Positions 41,228 through 54,731 of a stretch of 64,000 bases of DNA are shown piece after piece. The DNA lies in NCBI GenBank assembly GCA_000165425.1, contig CT868039.1:1-64000 (forward strand), in the 5' to 3' direction. The notes beneath the pieces were generated by a model. That model did not search any database. It saw only the letters and a list, made by a program, of their open reading frames with translations, and was not told the origin of the DNA. Position 1 is the stretch's first letter. The number at the start of each line of letters is the position of its first letter. The position numbers and the translations under genes were made by a program. This stretch comes from Paramecium tetraurelia. Lineage: Eukaryota.

Positions 41228-42725
41228 TCAAATTAATTAGTCTATCTATTTTTTATTTTTCCCAGAAAACGGTATATACGGGTTTATTTCAAAAGACATT
41301 TCAATTGCTAGAATATTGAATTATAATTACCATATTTAGTTACTTAGGTTAAAATTACAAATCTACTGAGAGATTCTTAATGAAGTTCAAAAAATGAAAG
41401 AACAACAGAAGAATTAAAATGCCCACTAACCACTAACTAAATCGTATCTTCGTCTAATTTAGAGTACCTAAATTTAATCATATAGGTATTTGTATTAGAA
41501 AATATCTTAAACAATACTAAACTAAAAATATCTGAATTTGTTTTCAAGTTTATTGTGTTTTTTATATTGATCTATACCATTAAGTCTGGAAAATATTTGG
41601 CTTGCTTTGAAATTATATGACAAAGATTAATTTCTTATACTGTTTATTCCCAGCTATTTTATAAGTTATGATATATTTCGATTAACCGAATCCGTTTCAT
41701 AAACGTAATATAATGTTATTTTTATTTTAGTTTTTTCTTCAAACTCTTTAATAATTAAACAAAGTATTAAAAAAAAACTGGGCTTTCTATTGTTGAGGAT
41801 GTATTTTATATCCTTAATTTGGGTTTATGAAAAATTAATAAAATAGTTGGCTAGTTTGCGAAAAAGATCGAAAACTCTAATTTTATTAATTCCCTTTATT
41901 ATTTAACCATGATTTCTTTTTTAAAAAGATCAATTCTGTCTTATTGATGTTGTTTCATCTAATCGTATAGGTAGTTGTTGAGTGATTTCTTTTAGTGCTG
42001 AGCTTCTTTTAAAAAATTTTGAATATCTTCCTTATCTTTAAAGCCATTTGAGAAGTTGTGTGCCATAAAATACTCGAACTAAAATGAACTCTCATTGAAG
42101 TTTAACATGATATATGATTACTTATGAATCAACTACTCTAATATTCTTTCCCATTATCTATCTTTCTAAATTAACATAAATTGTGCTCTTATTGCCTCAT
42201 TGTATTTGTACACAAAAAACATTTGACAAATAGATATGAAAACAAGCTTCCTATGGGGTATAAGGTCAAGGATTTAGTTTAATTCAATATGAAAATAATT
42301 CTGATAATCGTAATTGATATTGTCTGAAATAATGCTTCTGGAAATTCAGTTCCTATAGTTATGAGAAAACAAGCTCCCATTTAGTTTAAACCTTTCAAAT
42401 GTGAAGTCGCTGCATCACTGTCTTCATCATATAGATAAAAAAAAATTGTCAATATATGATTTGAAAGCACTGATAGGATTCTCAAACTGATATAGTGTTT
42501 GTTTAAAAAAATGTCCACAAAAATTATGAATAACAGCATTATTAGGTTTTGATAAAATCGCATTAACTCACCATTAAGCACATAGGTTAAGCATCTGAAA
42601 AAAAAAATAATCATGTAACCTTTTGCAAGCAGATTAAAATGAGTAATTCTAATGTGCTACAGAGATTGAGACTAATAAAGGGCTTCCACTTTTTTGTCGT
42701 AGAAGAACAAAGTAAATTTATTCAT
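41228..42725 (-). CDS. Multi-pass membrane protein, distant paralog of 28356-30002; frameshift near 42250
   Basis: MNKFTLFFYDKKVEALYQ; AQFMLIQKDRQWERIL; shares the C-terminal phase-1 intron (G|CA) with the paralog. Confidence 0.72.
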
Positions 42726-43964
42726 CTTAATAAAAAATATAGAAATTTTCAATTTTGATACCTTAATCAGTTAATAAAGAGTAAAGAAATGATTAAGATA
42801 AATGAATTGTTGAACAACAATATGATTAATTATAACACGTGTTTGGAAATTCTTAAGAATTTCAGAACAGAAATGGTATTAAAGACCCAGACTGAAATAA
42901 AATTAAACCTCTTTTTAATTGTCAAATTTTAATATTTCCAGATTACTCAAAATTATGACTTACTTAATTAACTTGAATTTTACATATGCAAAATAATAGC
43001 AATATTCAGAATTGTTTTTAAATCCAAAAATACACCATCAACTTCTCATAATAACAGATCTGAGCAAACAGGAATTGTATAACCCATTTGATAAATTATG
43101 ACAAATGATATTAAAATTCAAATATATAAAAATATGGATGTTTCAACAATCTTAGATAAAAATAGGAGTATTTAATTATTTTGTTTTTTAGATTTGAGCC
43201 ATAGATTTGATTTACTTTCGATTGATGAGATAGTGATCTTATTTTTACTATTAAGACTGATCTTTCTTTGACTTCTGATACTCTTAAGAATATGCATCTG
43301 AAATGATACTTTTTTGAGTTATCTTTAAGCAACTTGATTTTATTTTTCATCTAGATATCTGAATCTTGTTTCCCATGTTATGATTAACTTATGAAATGTT
43401 ATATTAATATCAGAGCTAGACTGGTATATAGCGAAGCATTATTCTGTGCCAATCCTTTTTGCTCTCAAATCTTGAATTTTAAATATCGCCTTCTTGAGAA
43501 TTTTATGAGTATAAAATTGAATTATTTATTCAAATAACTAATGGCAATTTTGTATGAAGACAGGTAAACCTTTGAAGAAGATAGAGTGAAAGGATAAAAA
43601 CTGTGAGTTATGTTATAATTTACCTTTGGCGAATCTTTCTTCTATTCGATTCAATCATAGTCAAATTATTATGGTAATGCCAAATCTAATTCTAAGTTAT
43701 TTTATTATGGCAATTTTTATGAATTAGTGAAAGAAGGATAGGGTTATGAGTTCTAATCATCCAATTAGCTGTCTTTCAGAATCTCTTAGATTATCATAAA
43801 GATTATTGAATTTTTATTTAAGTAGAAGATCAAAGAATAGCATATCTTAGTTTTGTGCAGCATCAAATAATTCAATTTTAAATTTGTTGATGATTTTGAT
43901 AATTTTGATAATTTTGAGGATTATATTTTATGAATATGGATGATTAGAATCTATTTGAGGGTGA

Positions 43965-44620
43965 ATGGAATGGATAATCCTTAGAGTTTTTGGGTAATTT
44001 ATTAAAAATATAGGTACAATGTTGTATAGTGATATACTAGCCTAAAATAGCACGAATATGATAGATATTATTTCCACTAAATGCCCTAACCAAAAATAAT
44101 TGATTGAGTCAAGCAATACTATTCAAGAGAACAATAGAGAAAAAAAACAGGTTTTATAGATAAAATAGAAATTGGAGAAGATAGATTATGAAAAAGAAAT
44201 AAATTATTTGAAAGGATAATTAGATGACCTGAAAAAGATAAAAGATTTTAAATACATAGTTTTAACTTTCAATAAAAATAATGATGAAATTTCAATCCCA
44301 TTATGCCAGATTGAATATGGTATTATTATTATTATTACTATTAATTAGTTGACATTATACACGGTTGGATTTGCAAATATATTTGGAAATCTATTATATA
44401 CAAATCATAAGACAATTTGGGGGAATATCGGAGGAGATCTTTTTTAAGTATTTAAATTTTATCTAAAATGAAGTTATAACTTAACTCAATTTTTTAAGGC
44501 TTTCCTCAACTCCTAGAAACCAGATTGCCGACACCTGAAATCACCAATTTAGGAACTCCATTGCCTTTTTATCAATTTATTGGGTAGATCAAGGAATTTA
44601 CAAACTTACTTCTATAGTGA
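43965..44620 (+). pseudogene. Chimeric ORF joining the gene-X N-terminus to an HSF C-terminus without the DNA-binding domain
   Basis: MEWIILR..MIDIISTKCPNQKQLIESSNT joined in frame to IQENNREKKQVLQIK..; TGA at 44618-44620. Confidence 0.6.
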
Positions 44621-45020
44621 AATGTTATATTTCTAAAAATCAAATTTTAATCAAAATAATTAATCTTCCTAATTTCTTATAAATCTTAATTAAGTTTGAT
44701 TTCAAGAATTAAAACAAGTTCAAATTCTTCCAAAAATTAATAATCATAATCCAAATATTAATAATTCAAGAAGTTTGATTATTTATACTATTTATTTAAT
44801 GATTAATTAGCATTACTATATTATAATTATTCTTTTAATTACCATTTCGTTTTTTTTTAGCCTTTTATTCAAATGAAAAAATCTCTCTAATGATTTTTCC
44901 ATTCATCCTAAATTTTAATCCTTCTTAATTAATTTATACTATTACTTTTAACTGAGTAGAATAGAAAATATCGATTTTCATATTTTAATATTTACAAACA
45001 GAAATATTTATTAATAAAAA

Positions 45021-47269
45021 ATGGATACTAATAAATCAGAATTCATTGACGAAGAAAATTTGTTAAAAGCACCCCCAAATTTCTTATTAGCTGAGAAACA
45101 TTGCGTAAATAAATATTATTTACAAACAGAAAGCTTAAATCATTCATTAAGAAGTGATAAGTAACTCATAAAGATGTCCTTGTTGCAATTTACATGTTGA
45201 AACTATAAAGTATTCCCTCTTAACAGATATAAATACTTTTGTTTAGGAGGGTACCGCATACAAATACCTTTTGTTTATAAAAAATGTATTTATTCTTCTT
45301 AGTATAAATTTGTAACTCTCTAATAATTATTAATAGTATTGTATTTGGAATATATAATTTTATTTAGAACTTAAAAGGAGATTCATGCATTATGAATGAA
45401 ACTTGCAAATAGAATTTGAACAATTATTTATCAATTTTAAATAGGATGGATTCTTACTTGTAATTTAAGATTTTATGATAGTTTTGAAGATAATATTTTG
45501 GATATTTTATATTTGACTTCCACTGCTATACAATTAGCCTTCCTAAGATATATATCATATTCTAAAGATGATGATTATAATATAGATAGAGAACTTGATA
45601 GCGAGTTTACAATATCAAAATGCTCGTTAAAGATCAAAAATTTGCCTAGTAATTGCAACTAAAAAGAAGGTTTGAGTCTATTTGTAAATAATTTATACAA
45701 AAGTGACAATGATCCATTAAACATTATTGATTCTTGTTTAATTTATGATGAAGAATATTTAGAAAATTAATTAAAATTTAAAATTAAAGAAATTCTAACT
45801 CAAAATAATGATAGGTTTGTTTTCAATTTATTATTATTAGCTCATTGAGAGATGTTATAGAGAGAACTGTTGATTTGAATTATGTTTTGCAAAATCGAGA
45901 ATTTTTTTTGAAATATGCTGATAGAGGATTTATAACTTTTGCTAGTGAAGTAATAATAATTTTATCATTTTTAGAGAGAGGCTATCAAATTTAAGGATTT
46001 ACTAAATAGAAAAAGTGTGATTGATTGTCCAAGGCCTTCTGATGAAAAATGGATTACTAAGAAATAAAAGGTTAATTTAATACTTGAAACTATCCTATTT
46101 ATAATAGAATGGGTTTGCTTTTATCTAATCTACTTATTCTAAAATATAAAAGATGAATATACTGAAACAAATTCTGGATATTAATTAAATAGTAAAACAC
46201 TTTTGAGCTTTTCTATGCCTATTTTGTAAAAGATTAGTATTACCTTACAATAAAGAACATATTAAAAAGTACTTTAATATAGTTAATTTACTCAATTGCC
46301 TTAATATTATTTTGAAATTTTTTAATTGCTCATAAGTTCATTCAATGTTGTCGCATTTCCTCTTTTAATTTTTGAATAACGAGGCTAATAAGAAAGTAAA
46401 TTAAAATTTTGGGGTGATGGCGGTTTCAATGAAGATATTATTTTTATCATAGTGATTAGTTCAATTTCATTTATGGGATTAAGTATAATAGATTAAGAAT
46501 ATGCTTGGAAACTATTAAAAACTTTTTATTACAAATATTTAAATCGAAATTCAACTTTAACATAATTTGAAGCTAACTAATTAATCTAAAGAAAATTGGA
46601 CTTTAATGCTAAATATATTGGATTACTTCATTTAATTTTTTCATGCTCCTATTATGGGTATATTTATCCCATCTGCTACCCTATAACTCTCATAGCTCTA
46701 TTTATTATCTTTTGGTAAGAAAAATACTAACTTATTAATTATGGAGTTTAGGAGGAATTCAAATTCAAAAAAGACTCATTAAAATTGCCTATATTACTTC
46801 TCTTTATTTTTTAAGTTTCATCTCCTCAATTAATTCATAATGTATTTAAAATATCACCAACTACTCGCCCATTTTTTTATATATTCCTTTTTTTGATTTT
46901 TTTACTCATTTACTTGTTTTTTTTTTCTGATTTGATTTTTATCAATTAATCTTCAGATTATCAAACGGCCGAAGCCTTAATGAAAAGCCTTGAGCATAAC
47001 GATTTATACTCAAAATACAATCCTATAATAAATGAAACTCTTTGGCCTAACAAAGAGTATGAAAAAGTATGGAAATAATAAAATTTTAGGGATTACATTA
47101 ACATAAATTTTCAAGATAAGAGCGATATTACAACACTCTCAAGGTGAAATTGTTGAGAGAGCTTGAAAACGAATTTTAATAGGTAACGTAAAATTAGATT
47201 AATTAGAACTCCATTAAAAAAGTCAGCATATAACCTATTTAAGGTGAATAAATGGTAGTAGAAGAATGA
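45021..47269 (+). CDS. Multi-pass membrane protein, OSCA/TMC-superfamily-like, paralog 2
   Basis: MDTNKSEF..PPNFLLAEKH..CPCC; SLKIKNLP; CPRPSD; FWGDGGF; QFEANQL; FWQEKYQL; about 7 short introns. Confidence 0.8.
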
Positions 47270-47289
47270 AGATCTTAAAATTCATATAT

Positions 47290-49380
47290 ATTATAATATA
47301 AATTATTTTTCTAAATCCAATTATTTGTATTATATTTCTAATTTTAAATATAAAATATCATAGAACACTATTACAGTATACAAATCTATTAGGAGCACTT
47401 GAATATGCCATATTAGATAACTTAAATTCTATCAAATATTAATTTAGATACAAAAAAAGAAATAGAATCCATGAGATTAAGATGATTTTGAAGAAATACT
47501 ATCTAATTGATCACATTACAACAATAATAGGCAATACCAAATTGAAAAATATAAACATCCAAATAATTTATAGCTATCAAAATATAGGAGTACAATTCAA
47601 ATGTTAAAAAGAATTATTTTTATTTTTCGCTCAAGTTGGTTAATATTTATTCTAGTAGTTCCTTATTTATTCTAAGATAACTCGAACAAAATTTTAATCA
47701 TACTAAGGTTTTTATATAGATTTCAATTTATTTTCTTAATTCTTCTGAATTATACTCAGAAATAGTTTGCTTTAGGGTTCAAACTCAGGTTTTCTAAAAT
47801 TACTTCTCCTTTCATATGATCTACTTGATATTTTTTAAGAATAATTAATAATTTGCTATTTAAGACTATTTTCTTAACTTATTACAAGTTTTTAAAGATT
47901 ACCCTTCTCTTCTTTCTTACCTTATTATATTAAATGTGGATTTCTCAATTCCAAATATCAGTTATATTTAATTTCACAAAATATTCTAATTTTATTAGAT
48001 CTACTTATTGCTTTTGAATTTAAACTATTCTACTAAAAAAATACTTGTCTCACTCATCATAACTTTCAATCAACATTCATTTTTAATTCTATTATTATCT
48101 TTATCAAATATCATTTGCTTTTGATTTCATATACTATAGCTTGCCAAAATCTTTATAATAAACATAATACTGTAAATTAGAATATATTGATTTCTAAATA
48201 TATAAAATAGTGCTCTCAAGTACATATAGATAATGTACAAATCTTATTTAGAGAAAGACTTATTCTCTTATAAAAGGCTTCATAGTTACAAATAAGGGAA
48301 CATAAAAACAAGAATTTAAGTGAATAACAACAAAAAAAATAAATTGTCCAGTAAAATTATTTCTCATTTAATTATTCATTTTCAAAATCAAGAAATAGGA
48401 GTATTTCCTATTCTTTATTAGATATTTAGAACATTTTACTTTACATTTCTAGCTTATTATTAGTTGTTATGAAATAAAAAAGAGAAATATATGTAAATAG
48501 ACTTTTTAAATGCGTTTATATTATATTGTTGGATTATACGAATTAATATACAACAATATTTCAAAATGTAGAAGAAAGCTGTCTAGTTATAACTATAAAT
48601 TCCACTAAGATATACATATTTTGAATCACTAATTCATCTAATCAGGAATCATAATATATATATAATGGTTGAGTTAATTTAAATGAACAACAATCGATAA
48701 ATTTATTCAGCTTTCAATAGAAAAAAATAATTTTGCTTATCTATTAGTAATGATAAGGAATTCAAGTAACAATTAAGAAGAGGAGAGGAATAATAAAATC
48801 ATACTGATATCACTAATAAATAGAATAGAGAAGTTTATATACAAATTATATCAAATTTATTGTACGTTTACATTTCTTCTTTACATAATTGAATTCGTTT
48901 GAATGTTTAGTCTCAACTTCTTAATTTTTTTAGACTTTTTATTCGGCAACTACTAATTTTAAACTTTCAATTGTTTAAACAACTATTTAATTTCAAATTC
49001 CTGTTCTATTTGAAGATACTCCGTTAATTCACTATCAAATGAGTCTGATTTGAACTACATAATCTCGATGTATTTATATAATTAATTTATTTATTTTTAA
49101 ATAATTAGGAATCATGATTTTTGTAATAGTCATAAATTGACTGGATTTTATATATTATATTGAATTCTTATTTACAATAAAATAATTTTCTTTCCACTTA
49201 AAATATTTGTTTTTAACATCAAATCGTTTACACTTTCAATTACCATCTATATGATCCCATTCGATATTCAAAAAGAGTGTTTTAAACGTACCATTTCCTC
49301 GATTGAGAAAAATTTCTCTTTTTTGCAAGAATTTTACCTTTAAATACTATTAAATGTAAAATGGAAAAGGTAGCGATATC
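47290..49380 (-). pseudogene. Gene X remnant, copy 2 (inverted)
   Basis: Reverse-complement homology to ~20300-22320, clearest over 48109-49380. Confidence 0.5.
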
Positions 49381-49675
49381 TGATTTTCTATTTTTTTTAG
49401 CCTTAATATAAATGTACAACTAATTTTGCAGATATCTTTACACACTTTTAACTAACTCTTTTATTAGATCTTTGTGACGGAATCCAAATCTGCAGTTTTA
49501 CAGAGGATAGTAAACTAGATTTTATTAAACTCAATTTCATTTAAATTTAAAATATGAAATAATAAAGGGTCTGTTAAAGGAAGCCTGATTGTAATAAAAT
49601 GTTTTTTGTATATGAATTAGTGATATAATTCTAGTTAATTAATAATAAAATCTGTTAAAAATATAGTTGTTAATA

Positions 49676-51460
49676 ATGAAATCAGACTCTTTGGCAGTAA
49701 GTGTATTAATTTTTGATTAGGAAGAATTACCAAATCAAGAACCCGATAGGTCGCGGAGCTGGTAGTTTTGTGTGTAAAATTGTCAACCGTCTAAGTAAAG
49801 TAGAGATGGCTGCCAAGATCATTCAAAAAACATCATCAAATGCGCAAAAAATATAAAATGAAGTTGCAATACATTTAGAATTGCATCATAAGAATGTAGT
49901 ACATCTAGCAGACATCTTCGAAGATGCTGATAACAGTTATCTTATTATGGAATTGTGTGATTCGGATATTTATTAGCTGATTAAAAAGGAACAATTCTCT
50001 GAATAATAAATACGATATTATGGCAGGTAATTGGCAGAAGGCTTACAATATTTACATTCTCACAATATAATCCACAGAGATATCAAATTGGGTAACTTAT
50101 TAATCCAGAATGATATTCTAAAAATTGCTGATTTTGGATTGGCTGTAAAATTAAACAATGACGAAGAAGAGAGAAGCACTCTATGTGGAACTCCCAATTA
50201 TATCAGTCCTGAAATCATAAATCAATAACCATATGGTAAAAAGGTTGATCTTTGGAGTATGGGATGTTGTTTATATGCAATGGCAACAGGTCATGGGCCC
50301 TTTGAAGAGAAAAATGCTCCATTGGGGGAGGTGTTGAGAAGAGTCAAAGTTGGCGATTTTGATTTACCCACCAATTTCTCAGAAGCGTTCAAAGATTTGA
50401 TTATTAATTTATTGAATTTGGATGCTGATTAGAGATATTCCATTGAAAAGATCATCAAACATCCTTTTTTTATTGAACCCATTCCTCCAAGGATTCAAAG
50501 TAGGAATCAATCGAGTTCTTAGATCAAGTAACTTCTTGATTTAAGTCCTTTTGTAAAGCATTAACACAGATCTACTTGTTCAATGATTGGATTAGAGAAA
50601 TAGTAAATAGTAGCATCATTCCTATAGAAACAATAATAATTAGGTGGTAAGAAATTGTTATTTGGCAATACTACAAATTGTAAAGGTGTATTGAAACAAA
50701 ATTATCATCTTGAGAATGTTCCTCGATTTTTCTTGCCTTAAGAATCTCATTCTAACAATACTAGTTGCAATCATCACAATAAGGAAAATATACACAAAGA
50801 TAATTGCAATAAAGAAAACATCAGAGACAATAGTGTCAAATTGACAAAATAAAATTCATCAACCATCAATATATACAATGAATCTCCCATTAAATTAGAA
50901 GATCTAAAATCATGTAGATTATAAACAAAAAATGGATTATTGCAAATACATGGAGATGGCAGATTTGAAATGGATGTTTGCAATAAGGATTTAAACTTTA
51001 TAATCTAAACTAATGGATAAGAAGTAATAATCTCATTAATCTTTAGATTCTGGTTCAGAAGAAAGGGCAAAAACCAAAACAATATCGATTAAATGAATTA
51101 CCATAAAAACTGTAGAAATTCTATACTTATTCAAAATAAGTATGCAATGCTATCAGAGAAAGAAATTAAAAACACAAAATTAACAATGAACATGGGAACT
51201 TTGCTCTTAAGAATACAAAATTGGGGTAATGTTTTGAAGGATACATTGCCTAGTCAAAAATAAAAGTATAATTCTATTTTAATGATTAGATTCAATACAT
51301 TTTGAATTCAGATACAATAAAATTGTAATTGCAAAATGGAACTTTAAAATCTATCAATATTAATGAATTTTAATAGTTATCTACTTAGGCTAGAATGGAT
51401 CCTAATGAGGTTTATTCAATAAAAATAGCTCTCAAGTATTTACCTTAATGTTAATAATGA
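49676..51460 (+). CDS. PLK4: Polo-like kinase 4 (SAK)-like
   Basis: [16 protein letters not shown] and [12 protein letters not shown] motifs; C-terminal cryptic-polo-box-like [17 protein letters not shown] and YRLNELPQKLQKFYTY. Confidence 0.8.
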
Positions 51461-51490
51461 TTTATTAGTTAATATTTATTTTTATAATAT

Positions 51491-52210
51491 TCACCAACCA
51501 TAAGTGGCTTTCATCTTGTCCTTCTAATCCTTGAAGTTCTGTTTTCTTGACTCGTAGCCTTCCTGTTTCAGAGCAGCTTAATAATTAAGAGAATCGATGT
51601 GATTCTTCTCTCTTTTCAATTAATTCACATCTGTGGGAACCTTCAAGAAAGCTTCTTACTTTTATTTCATCTTCTCTCTTTCCATCTCCCAATACTTCTC
51701 ATTTGTACCATGCAAATTCATGATTTAAGCATTATCTTCGCCCACTTCATAAGAGACCTTCACAATTCCTTTTTCATTTATAGTTTTTTAATCTTGCATA
51801 TAGATGTCATCCTAATCAAACTCTTAAATCAAAGCCTGCTCCTCCTTTGTTAATTTTTTAATAGCTGTATTACTTAAAATTTCTGCTTCCTTAAAATTTA
51901 TACCAGGAGGCATTGGAGGTAGACGCTTTTTCACAAATGTAGTACGTTACTACTCTACTTTGTTCTTTGGTTATGGCAATAAAAGATGTAGTTTGCCATT
52001 CTTGATCTCCTGTTGTTGAATTGGAATTTGTTCATTGCCATCGGATTCAGATTGCTGATCTACATTGACCGCAATTTCCTCGTTTGTCTTGATTTTCTTT
52101 GACAGTTTGTTAAGATGATCGAGGGTGATCACTTTGTTTAGAGGTTTCTTCGGTTCTGGAGCAGAATCAGAGTTACTTTCAGAATCATAATCGACTAACT
52201 TTTAAATCAT
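51491..52210 (-). CDS. PRCC-like protein
   Basis: N-terminal LVDYDSES, LLLPQPKN, and C-terminal KREKNHIDSLNYQA...KATYGW-TGA. Confidence 0.72.
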
Positions 52211-52713
52211 AACAATTATTCAACTATATATTCAACTAACATACGAGCATTCGATAGTAAGGTAGTACGTGAGGTTATCTATGTAATTAGGTCATCCTTC
52301 TCAGCATTTAGAATATTGCTCACTTTCTTCTATTGCTCACACAATGTTTCTAATTATTCTTACGGAACACTTAAATGCTTATAATTTCTAATTCTAAAAT
52401 AGTAATACTATCCTAATAATTCCCATCTAAAACGCAAATGCTTATAATATCGATTCTTCACCATAGCCAACGTTTTTCCAGGAAAATGTCTATGAATCTT
52501 TTAGAATTTAGGTCCATTATTCAACACTAACTACAGAATCAACCGATCTTCCTCCTCAGTGAACTTTAGTCCAGATTTTTTACTATTTGATCCCTCAATC
52601 CCCCTTCTCTTCTTTCTGTGATAGTCATACTCATTTTTCTTCTTCTATTTTCTAGATATTCCCAGTTTATTGGCTTAATCATTCTAAGATGATCTATCCT
52701 CATTGCTATCCAT
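52207..52713 (-). CDS. Single-repeat Myb domain protein
   Basis: KFTEEEDRLILQLVLNNGPKFQKIHRHFPGKTLAMVKNRYY; one 21-nt intron. Confidence 0.88.
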
Positions 52714-53512
52714 TCTACTAACAAATACACTATTATTATTAATTATCAATTAATATTTGATACACATAAGGTTTTATTTAAATAACTTATAATGTGCAAA
52801 ATGGCATTGATTCAACAAAATCTTCTCACTTATTCATATATCTATGATCAGGAAATTGTGTCCAAATAACTTTTAATTTTCTAATCAAAATTGAAATACT
52901 CATAAAGTTTTTGACACTTTTTCACATTCTTTCCTTATTATTTCCATAACTAAAACAAATAATAATCAATAGATTAAATTATTAAAATAAATCTATTTTA
53001 ATTTTTTATTTAGACCCCCTGAATAACATAAGTATATTGGCTTGTTTTAGGAATTATCTCAAATAACCATTAATTAAAGTTATAATTATTTATGAGAAAA
53101 CAAATACTCTTTAAAAACTTTGAAGAATAATAATGAATGCTCATTCAATAATTATTATAAATTAGGTGATTACTTTTGTTTGTTAATAAATAAGAATTTA
53201 GTAATCTTATTTAGTAAAATATCTTATATAAAACAATTTATGATTGTACCTAATACAACAATAAATTGTTTACTTTTAATGCAAATCTAAGTGATATGAT
53301 ATTTCCTTATAACCTATTTGATCTAAAATAGATAAAAAAGTAAATAAATTCATTAATTAATAGTTTCATGAATAAAGGGTATTTTTGTTTATGCTATTTA
53401 GTTTGTAAATTCAAATTACCTTAATTTACTTCATTCTGTAATTACATTACATGCATATATTTATGGATTTCTAAGTCTTTTATTTTTTAGATAATATTAT
53501 TATTGTATTTTA

Positions 53513-54731
53513 ATGAATAAATTAAAAAATAATGTTATTAGAAGCATCCCGAATCTACATCAAGAAATGAAGTTAGAGCAAAGTAAAATACTAAGTGCAA
53601 TCAAACCTAATGAATTGCAAGAACCAAAAACAGCAAAATACATGGAATTGGATTTAAAGAATAAAATTAATTTTTCAATCAGAGAGAATATTACAAGTTT
53701 AAGTTCAGAAAGATAGTAACCAAAAAAAATAAAGAAAATTGATGGAAAAGTGGCAACAATCGTAGAATTAATCAAATAAGACTTACTTCCAATGTTGAAT
53801 ATTCAGAATGATCGAATTGAGAAATTAGAAAGAAGAATTAGGACTAAGAATGAATCAGAGGGTGATTCTGATTTACGGAAATCGTCATTGATTTCAGATA
53901 AAAAATCTAATTCAGTTGTTGAAAACGAAGTCTAGAATTTATCCGTTAGTGTAGATGAAATTAAAAAAAATTTATCACATTTAGATAATTTTGTTAAATA
54001 TCAATTCATAAAACGTAAATGCTAGGGTTCAGAAGTGTAAAATGACACTAAAAATAAAAGTGCTATATCTCAAATATAAGCTAAACTTAATACAGAAATT
54101 ATTTAATAAAAAATTGAGACTCAATAGACTACTAAATAAATCTAAGAATACATCACAGTGTAATTGTAAGAAATAAAAGAATGGATCAATAAAATATCAA
54201 TTGAATAATAAAAGGAAATAGAGGTCAAATTAAATTTGATGGAAACTCAATTTTATCAGTTTCTTTATCAACCATTTGAGGTTTTGAGATAAATCCAAAC
54301 AAATTAAAGCGATGTTTAGAGTAAAATAAAGGAATTCGAGTCTATTATTAATTCTAATATATTCTAGAGCTAAATTTAAAATTCTTAAGAATTTGCGAAT
54401 TGTTGTAAAGAAAATCATAATAATAAGAGGATTATTAAAATAAATTGTGGGCATTTCTACCACGAGGAATGTTTATAAACACAAATGGAAGAGGATTTAA
54501 AAGAGTAAAGAATTATATGTTGCAAAAGAATGTCATAATTAGATTAAGTTAAATAAAATCCATTAAATAAGAGTCTCAAAGGAAATGCAGGATCAAATTT
54601 ACAAAGAGTAGATAAAATAGTGACTGAGATCATCGAAACTAGATATAATATAATGTTAGAAATGTGGATTTTTGTGCATTAACGATTAATCTTGCCAAGT
54701 TCAAGAAACTAATTGCGTATAATGTACTTGA
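53513..54731 (+). pseudogene. Coiled-coil plus degenerate RING/Zn-finger protein with a disrupted 3' end
   Basis: Long open frame to CGHFYHEECL; the completing CKECH and QCQKCG motifs lie in the +1 frame, which also carries an in-frame TGA near 54620. Confidence 0.6.

Noticed and set aside
43890..43920. Short tandem repeat (ATTTTGATA, about 3 copies)
   Set aside because: Too short and AT-rich to be meaningful; no spacers, so not CRISPR-like
20527..49163. Inverted repeats as terminal inverted repeats of a giant DNA transposon or Polinton
   Set aside because: I saw no transposase, integrase or polymerase ORF and no target-site duplication; the repeats consist of host genes
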